Part shown: piece after piece, positions 56,617 through 64,000 of the stretch | Layout: the number at the start of each line of letters is the position of its first letter | Numbering within the stretch: the stretch's first letter is position 1 | Assembly (NCBI GenBank): GCA_963842525.1 | Contig: CAWJGT010000001.1 | Coordinates: 320,001-384,000 of the forward strand | Reading direction: 5' to 3' | Source of the DNA: an uncultured Holophagales bacterium | GTDB lineage: Bacteria > Acidobacteriota > Thermoanaerobaculia > Multivoradales > UBA5704 | DNA length: 64,000 nucleotides | The notes under the pieces: model-generated | Seen by the model: only the letters and a program-made list of their open reading frames with translations | Databases searched by the model: none | Told to the model about the DNA's origin: nothing | Made by a program: the position numbers and the translations under genes

Positions 56617-56790
56617 CCCTCTCCCCCTGGCCCCCTCTCCCGTGCGTCCCCCGTCCCACCGCCCCGAACGGGAGAGGGGGAAAACACCGTGGCAGCAGCA
56701 GGAGGAGAGAATCGTTGGGTGGTGGCGCCCCTCTCCCGCTCGGGGTGGGGAGTGGTGGCCGCGCGGGGGAGGGGTCGGGGGAGGGGCCGC
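56617..56790. repeat. REP-like CCCTCTCCC / GGGAGAGGG cluster
   Basis: Same family as the outer arms at 47273-47505 and 63068-63180. Confidence 0.75.
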
Positions 56791-58053
56791 TCAGCGCCGA
56801 CCGAGCATGTAGACCGACGTCTCGGGGTTGTACTCCCGCCAGTCGAACCAGTAGTCCCTGAGGATGGAGACCTTGGAGAGCTTTTTGCCGGCGAGGGGGC
56901 CGCTGCGGGCCACGCCTGCGAAGTCCCATTCACTGCCCGTCTCGGCGTCGACCATCCGGAGCGGGGACGAGCCCGGTTTCACGAAGAGCTGCAGCTCGCG
57001 GCCGTCGATCGATCTGTCGAGGGCGCGCACCGATTTGCCGTCCTCGGCCACCACGAGGACCACCGGGATGCCGCCCAGCCGGTCGAGCACCGGGCTCTGC
57101 CGCCGCAGTGCTTCTATGGGATAAGCTCGCGCCGCGCCGCCGGCCTTGACGCCGATCACGATGGCGCGGGGCTCCAGAGGGTCGTCCTTCCGCCGCGCGG
57201 TCACGACCGGCAGCCGCGCGGTCTCCACCTCCCAGTTTTCGGAAAACTCGCGCCAGGGGGCGCTGTCGTCCGGCCGGAGCACCCGTCCCTGCGGATGCTC
57301 GCGCCGCCAGGTCCCGAAGGTCAGCTCCTCATGGGAGACCAGGTCGAGCTGCCGTCCGGCGAGCGGGCCGTGGAGCGCCTTGCCGGTCACCTGCTGCCAC
57401 CACGAGCCCGTCTCCTCGTCCTGCATGAGGAAGTTCTGGTTGTTGATGCCGGCGAGGTGGAACGTCAACCTCCGCCCATCGACTTCCGCTCTCCACACCA
57501 GACCGGTGTGACAGAGCGTTCAGTAGGTGGCCGCGATCGGCACGCCGCCGACCACGTCCTGCACCACGTGGTGGTACGAGACCTGGCGGACCGGGTAGGC
57601 GACGGACTCGCCGCCGGCGACGACCGCGAGCACCATGTCCCCTTCCTCGACCCAGCCGGCCTCGGCGGCCGGAGCCTGCCGGGCGGCGGAGAGGGGGGCG
57701 AACATCCGCTCGAACATGTTCTGGCGCGTCCACCAGGAGGCGGCCGTGAGCAGCAGGAAGGCCAGGAGGAACGCCGTCCGCCCCCACCGGGAAGCGCCGC
57801 GCCACAGCCACACCGTCAAGGCGAGCACCGCCGCCGCGGCGATCAGGGTTCCCACGGGAGCCCACCGGCGCAGGGCGAAGGCCAGCGCGATCCCCTCCGG
57901 CGTCTGGGCCTTGAACGGCCGGATCACCAGGATGGGGATCACCACGGCCGCCGCCGTCAGGAGGACCAGGAGAAGGGTCAGGACCCCGGCGAGTATCCTC
58001 CGGGAGCGCCGTTCGCGTTCCGGGCTTGCAGACCGATGGGACATGTCGGGCAT
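56791..58053 (-). CDS. DUF3179 domain selenoprotein (in-frame UGA at 57520-57522)
   Basis: Reads ATY-UGA-TLCHTG in one frame (UxxC in place of CxxC); continues MQDEETGSWWQQVTG..WFDW. Confidence 0.88.
57487..57518 (-). promoter_or_regulatory. Bacterial SECIS element
   Basis: Directly 3' of UGA: CGCUCU-GU-CACACC-GGUCU-GGUGUG-G-AGAGCG stem-loop. Confidence 0.85.
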
Positions 58054-58248
58054 GAAGGCTTCTCCCCGAGTCGACCGTCTTTGCCGGGATCTTACCCCGG
58101 ACCAGGGCTTTTCGTCCTGGAAGCGGAGATAAGGTAAAATACCCTCCGGCATGGAACCCGAGGCGCGTTTGCACACCTGGAAGCCGGCACCTGCAGGGAG
58201 CGGAGCCGGGCTTGACTCCTCCGGCGCTCTGGCGCCACGATCCCTGCG

Positions 58249-58636
58249 ATGCACACGATCTTCAAGGACTTCACATTTCGCCGCGGCGCATGCGATCCGG
58301 GGGCACACCCGGGGGTGCCAGAACCTGCACGGGCACAACTACCGGGTGCGGGTCCACCTGCGGGCCGAACGGCTCGATGCGCTCGGCATGGTCCTCGATT
58401 TCGCCGACTTGAAAGCTATGATGCAGGAGGTCGTCGGACCCTTCGACCATCGGGTGATCAACGAGATCCCCCCGTTCGACCAGCGCAACACCACGGCCGA
58501 GCTGCTCAGCGAGTACGTCTTCGAGGAGGTGGAGAAGCGGCTCGCCGGCCAGGAGCGCGTCCGGGTCGTCCGCGTCGAGGTCTGGGAGACCGACACCTCT
58601 TGCGCCCTGTACGAGCGGGAACAAGGCGGTATATAA
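58249..58636 (+). CDS. queD: 6-carboxytetrahydropterin synthase (apparent frameshift near 58275)
   Basis: FAAAH, CQNLHGHNY, GMVLDF, FDHR, TTAE, VWET. Confidence 0.88.
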
Positions 58637-58748
58637 TCTCTCTGGATCGCGCCGGAGCAACTTTTGCCGCAGGGCGACGTATTGGCTTCTGCCCGGCGCT
58701 CCCGATGTGCAGCGGAGCTGCCTCCGGGTCTCCTGCAAGGAAAAAAGA

Positions 58749-59981
58749 TGGCTCGAGAAGGCTTCTTTGGAAGGGCTGCGGATCGACCGCGGCGCGGCAT
58801 CCGAGACTTCTGGACGGCGGATCTGGATCCCGATCGTCGTGGTCCTGCTCCTGGTGGCCGCGGGCCTGTTCGCCTGGCTCCGTCTGCCCCGTGCCCCGGA
58901 GGTGCGGGTGGCGGCGGTGCGCGAGCAGCCCGGCGGCAGCGCGGCCGGTGCCGTGCTCAACGCCTCCGGTTACGTGACCGCGCGCCGCCAGGCCACGGTT
59001 TCCTCCAAGGTCACGGGCAAGGTGGTCGACGTGCTGGTCGAGGAGGGGACGGCATCGCGAGGGGACAGCCGGTCGCCCATCTCGACGATGCGACCGTGCG
59101 CAAGGAGCTCGCCCTGGCCGAGGCGCAGGCTGACCTCCCAGCGCCGCTCTCTGACCGAGACCGAGGTGCGCCTGCGCGAGGCCCGGCTCAGCCTGAGCCG
59201 CGCGCGCCGGCTGCAGGAGCAGGGGATCTCGACCCAGGCCGACCTCGACGCCGCCGACGCCCAGGTCGACTCGCTGGCGGCGCGGCTGGAGGTCGGTCGC
59301 CAGGAGGTCGAGGTCTTCCGAGCGGCAGGTCGCGCTGCGGCGCCAGGATCTGGACGACACGGTGATCCGCGCCCCCTTCTGCGGGGTCGTGGTCACCAAG
59401 GACGCCCAGCCGGGCGAGATGATCTCGCCGGTGTCGGCCGGCGGCGGCTTCACCCGTACGGGCATCTGCACCGTGGTCGACATGAACTCGCTGGAGATCG
59501 AGGTCGACGTCAACGAGAGCTACATCCAGCGGGTGCGGCCCGGCCAGAAGGCGATCGCTACGCTGGACGCCTATCCGGACTGGCAGATCCCGTCGCGGGT
59601 CATCATGCCCGTGCCCACGGCCGACCGGCAGAAGGCGACCGTGCGGGTGCGGCTCGCCTTCGAGCAGCTCGATCCGCGCATCCTGCCCGACATGGGGGTC
59701 AAGGTGGCCTTCCTCGGCGACGAGGAGGCCGGAGGGCCGGCGGCGGGAGGCGGGCCGGCGCGCCCGGCAGTTATTGTGCCGCGCAAGGCGGTGCGCAAGG
59801 ATGGAGACAAGGACGTGGTGTTCGTGATCGTCGGGAACCATGTCGAGCGGCGGGCCATCGGGCTCGCGGCCAATCCCGGCGACGAGGCGGTGGTCCTCTC
59901 CGGCCTGCGGCCGGCGAGCAGGTCGTGGTCGAAGGGCCGGCGGACCTCACGGACGGCGCCAAGGTCGCCGTCCTGCAATAG
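58749..59981 (+). CDS. Efflux periplasmic adaptor subunit (apparent frameshifts)
   Basis: LNASGYVTARRQATVSSK, IRAPF.G, EVDVNESYI, ILPDMGVKV. Confidence 0.88.
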   Translation, partial: WLEKASLEGLRIDRGAASETSGRRIWIPIVVVLLLVAAGLFAWLRLPRAPEVRVAAVREQPGGSAAGAVLNASGYVTARRQATVSSKVTGKVVDVLVEEGTASRGDSRSPISTMRPCARSSPWPRRRLTSQRRSLTETEVRLREARLSLSRARRLQEQGISTQADLDAADAQVDSLAARLEVGRQEVEVFRAAGRAAAPGSGRHGDPRPLLRGRGHQGRPAGRDDLAGVGRRRLHPYGHLHRGRHELAGDRGRRQRELHPAGAARPEGDRYAGRLSGLADPVAGHHARAHGRPAEGDRAGAARLRAARSAHPARHGGQGGLPRRRGGRRAGGGRRAGAPGSYCAAQGGAQGWRQGRGVRDRREPCRAAGHRARGQSRRRGGGPLRPAAGEQVVVEGPADLTDGAKVAVLQ

Positions 59982-59992
59982 GAGATAGAACG

Positions 59993-60689
59993 ATGGACCA
60001 GAACGGCACGGTCGTCCGGGTGCAGGACGCCCACAAGGAATACCGTCGCGGCAGCGAGCGGATCGACGTCCTGCAGGGGATCGACCTCGAGATCCCCCCG
60101 GGGGACTTCCTGGCTCTCATGGGGCCGTCGGGGTCGGGCAAGACGACGCTGCTCAACCTGATCGGCGGGCTCGACCGGCCCTCGTCCGGCACGGTCGAGG
60201 TGGCGGGCGAGCCGGTTCACAAGCTGTCGGACGGCCAGCTCGCCAAGTGGCGCGCCCGCCACATCGGCTTCGTCTTCCAGTTCTACAACCTGCTGCCGGT
60301 GTTGACCGCCGAGCGCAACGTCGAGCTGCCGCTCCTGCTGACCCACCTCTCGAAGCGCGGAGCGGAAGAAGCACGTAGCGACGGCGCTCTCGGTCGTGGG
60401 GCTCGCCGACCGCGCGCGGCACTACCCGCGCCAGCTCTCGGGCGGCCAGGAGCAGCGGGTCGGCATCGCCCGCGCCATCGTCACCGATCCGACGCTGCTG
60501 CTCTGCGACGAGCCCACGGGCGACCTCGACCGCAAGTCGGGCGACGAGATCCTCGACCTCCTGCAGGCGCTCAACCGGGAGCACGGCAAGACCATCATCA
60601 TGGTCACCCACGACCCGCACGCCGCGGCGCGCGCCCGCCGCACGGTCTATCTCGACAAGGGCAGCCTCGTCACGGAGCCGGTGCCATGA
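59993..60689 (+). CDS. ABC ATP-binding protein, LolD/MacB type (apparent frameshift)
   Basis: [28 protein letters not shown]. Confidence 0.9.
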
Positions 60690-61854
60690 AATTCCTCCCG
60701 CTGGTCTGGAGCAACCTGAAGCGCAAGAAGCTGCGCACGGCCTTCACGCTGCTGTCGATCCTGGTCGGCCTTCATCCTCTTCGGCTATCTGGCGGCGATC
60801 GAGAAGGCCTTCAGCATGGGGGTGGACGTCTCCGGCGCCGACCGCCTGATGGTCATCCACAAGGTGACGTTCATCCAGCCGCTGCCCATCTCCTACCAGG
60901 AGCGCATCAAGGCGTCTGCCGGGGGTCGAGGCAGGTGAGCCACGCCAACTGGTTCGGCGGCATCTACCAGGACCCGAAGAACTTCTTCGGCCCAGATGGC
61001 GGTGGACACCGACACGTTCCTCGACCTCTACCCCGAGTTCATCCTGCCGGAGGATCAGATGAAGGCCTGGAAGGCGGACCGCACCGGCGCCATCATCGGC
61101 CGCGTCACCGCCGAGCGGTTCGGCTGGAAGGTGGGGGACAAGATCCCGATCCAGGGAACCATCTTCCGCAAGCCGGACGGCTCGGCCGTGGGAGTTCAAT
61201 ATCTCCGGCATCTACGACGGGGAGGAGAAGGGGACCGACGACTCCAGCATGTACTTCCACTACGACTACCTGAACGAGGCGGCGCGCGGCGGCGACTTCG
61301 GCCTGGTGGGCTGGTACATCATCCGCATCGCCGATCCGGCCCAGCGCCGCCGAGATGTCGTCGAGCGGATCGACGGCCTGTTCGCCAACTCGCCGGCCGA
61401 GACCAAGACGCAGACCGAGAAGGCGATGGCGCAGTCGTTCGCCAACCAGATCGGGAACATCGGCACGATCATCACCGGCGTGCTGTCGGCCGTCTTCTTC
61501 ACCATCCTGCTGGTGGCCGGCAACACCATGGCGCAGTCGGTGCGCGAGCGCACCGAACGAGCTGGCGGTGCTCAAGACCCTGGGCTTCACGCCATGGCCA
61601 GGTGCTGGCGCTGGTGCTCGCCGAGTCGTGCTTGCCTCGCGCTGCTGGGCGGCGCCCTGGGGCTGGGGCTCGCCTGGGTGATCATCACCGCCGGAGGCGA
61701 TCCCTCGGGTGGGTTCCTGCCGCTGTTCTACCTGCCGGGCGGCAAGCTGGCCCTCGGTGCAGCCCTGGCGCTGCTGCTCGGCCTGGCCACCGGCCTGCTG
61801 CCGGCCGTGCAGGCCATGCGGCTCCGCATCGTCGATGCGCTGCGGAGGGTTTGA
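60686..61854 (+). CDS. ABC permease, FtsX/MacB type (apparent frameshifts)
   Basis: [26 protein letters not shown]. Confidence 0.85.
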
Positions 61855-61856
61855 CG

Positions 61857-63064
61857 ATGGTATCAAATACCTTCCACTGGCTTTCCCAGGTCTGTCGCCG
61901 TCACCGGGCTCAACCTGCGCACTCTGGGCCAGCGCCGCGGCGCCTCGCTCGCCACGGTCTTCGGGGTGGCCGGCGTGGTGGCCGTCCTCGTCGCCGTGCT
62001 GTCGATCGCCGAGGGCTTCCGCAAGACGATGACCGCGGCCGGTTCGCCCGACACGGCGATCGTGCTGCGCTCGGGGCAGCGACACCGAAATGACGAGCGG
62101 CCTCGGGCGCGACGACACCCGGGTCATCGCGGAGGCTCCGGGCGTGCTGCGGGCAGGACAGGTGCCGGCCGCCTCGGCCGAGCTCTACGTCATCGTCGAC
62201 CTGCCGAAGCGTTCGACCGGCACCTACGCCAACGTGCCCTTGCGCGGCGTTCAGCCGGGCGCCTTCAAGGTGCGCGATGAGGTGGAGATCGTCGAGGGCC
62301 GCCGTTTTCGAGCCGGGAGCAACGAGGTGATCGTCGGCCGGGCCGCGGTCGCCGAGTTCAAGCGGGCTCGAGCTCGGGTCGACCGGCTGCGCTGGGGCGA
62401 GGACGATGGACATGTGGTCGGCATCTTCACGGCCGACGGCGGCCATCGCCGAGTCGGAGATCTGGTGCGACGCCGGAGTGCTCCAGCCGGCCTACCGGCG
62501 GGGCGACAGCTTCCAGTCGGTCTATGCGAAGCTCGACTCGCCGCAGGCGTTCGACCGTTTCAAGGACGCCCTGACCGCCGATCCGCGGCTGGACGTCAAG
62601 GTAGTCCGGGAGACGGACTACTACGCCGAGCAGTCGGAGATCCTCTATGCGATCATCACCGGCCTGGGCACGGTCATCGCTGGCCTGATGGCGGTCGGCG
62701 CCGTGTTCGGTGCCCTCAACACCATGTACTCGGCGGTCTCCGCGCGGAGCCGCGAGATCGCCACCCTGCGCGCCCTCGGCTTCCGCAGCGGCCCGGTGGT
62801 CCTCTCGGTGGTGGCCGAGTCGCTGGTGCTCGCGGTCGCCGGCGGGGCGGTCGGCGCGGGTCTGGCCTATCTCGCCTTCGACGGCTACCAGGCCGCGACG
62901 CTCAACTGGTCGAGCTTCAGCCAGGTCGCCTTCGCCTTCGCGGTTACCCCCGCGCTGCTCGTCCAGGGGATCATCTGGTCGCTCCTCATGGGCCTGGTCG
63001 GCGGTCTCTCCCGGCGATCCGGGCGGCGCGCCTGCCGGTGGCGACGGCGTTGCGCGAGCTGTGA
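61857..63064 (+). CDS. ABC permease, FtsX/MacB type (apparent frameshifts)
   Basis: [25 protein letters not shown]. Confidence 0.85.
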
Positions 63065-63067
63065 GGA

Positions 63068-63180
63068 CCCTCACCCCCCTGGCCCCCCTCTCCCATCCGC
63101 ACTCCCTTCCCCCGGGAGAGGGGGGAAGAAGACAGGAGATGCCAGCGGGCCGGTTTCTTGCAGCCCCCTCCCGCAGGGGA
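63068..63180. repeat. REP-like CCCTCACCCCC..CCCCCTCTCCC..GGGAGAGGGG element
   Basis: Same family as 47273 and 56617. Confidence 0.75.
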
Positions 63181-63241
63181 TAGAATCCTCGCTGGCGTTC
63201 CAGCCCCCGGGGGGCTCGGTACGACCTCTGGGAGACCCGCA

Positions 63242-64000
63242 ATGTCTCAGCAAACGAAAGATCTGGTCGAGGAGCCGCCGATCGCGGACACCTCGCCGAG
63301 CAACGCTCGGCTCGCCCTCGACGGAAAGGAATATGAGCTGCCGGCCGTCGTCGGTACCGAGGGCGAGGTCGGCATCGACATCATGCAGCTCCGCGCGAAG
63401 AGCGGAGCGATCACGCTCGATCCCGGGCTACGGCAATACTGGCGCTTGCGAGAGCGCCATCACCTTCATCGACGGCGAGAAGGGGATCCTGCGCTACCGC
63501 GGCTATCCCATCGAGGAGATCGCGGGGCAGGCCCAGTTCACCGAGATCTGCTATCTGCTGATCTACGGCGCACCTGCCGAGCCGCGACGAATTCGCCGAC
63601 GTTCGAGGCGCGGCTGACCCGCCACAGCCTGCATCCACGAGGACATGAAGAAGTTCTTCGAAGGCTTCCCGACCAGCGCCCACCCGATGGCGATGCTGTC
63701 GTCGATGGTCGCCTCGCTGTCGGCCTACTATCCCGGACGTCCGATGACCTCGACCTGAACATCATCCGGCTGCTCGCCAAGGCGAAGACGATCGCGGCGT
63801 TCTCGTACAAGAAGAACGTCGGCCAGCCGTTCATGTATCCGCGCAACGAGCTGTCGTACTGCTCGAATTTCCTGCACATGATGTTCGCGGTGCCGGCCGA
63901 GCCGTATACCGGTCAGCCCGGTGCTCGGAACGGGCGCTCAACCTGCTGCTGATCCTGCACGCCGACCACGAGCAGAACTGCAGCACGTCGACGGTGCGCA
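63242..64000 (+). CDS. gltA: Citrate synthase, partial (apparent frameshifts)
   Basis: [43 protein letters not shown]. Confidence 0.93.

Noticed and set aside
58146-58248. preQ1 riboswitch upstream of queD
   Set aside because: No recognisable preQ1 stem-loop with an A-rich tail.

Overview
GC-rich bacterial chromosome segment; the gene families and repeat types suggest an Acidobacteriota/Thermoanaerobaculia-like genome (inference). Many single-base frameshifts look like long-read assembly errors. Core genes include acnA, gltA (partial), nth, queD, yqgE/algH, a flap endonuclease, an AbfD-like dehydratase, an ECF/anti-sigma/ABC operon and an ABC efflux operon. These alternate with accessory DNA: about seven toxin-antitoxin modules or remnants, a lower-GC island at 2.8-6.6 kb, and a 12 kb SNF2 helicase / DUF1156 methyltransferase / HEPN-DUF499 restriction-like defence operon. 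Main findings: (1) a complete REP-flanked HUH tyrosine transposase (RAYT) sits in frame inside the DUF1156 methyltransferase, between its two catalytic motifs; (2) five degenerate 20/21-bp-period tandem arrays of different consensus each lie at a rearrangement junction; (3) a DUF3179 selenoprotein with UxxC and a clear SECIS hairpin is split in the ORF track; (4) two convergent secreted Cys-rich defensin/knottin-like peptides; (5) gene-end duplications bracket inserted DNA; (6) several collapsed genes with internal deletions; (7) probable decayed attC sites near 54 kb.
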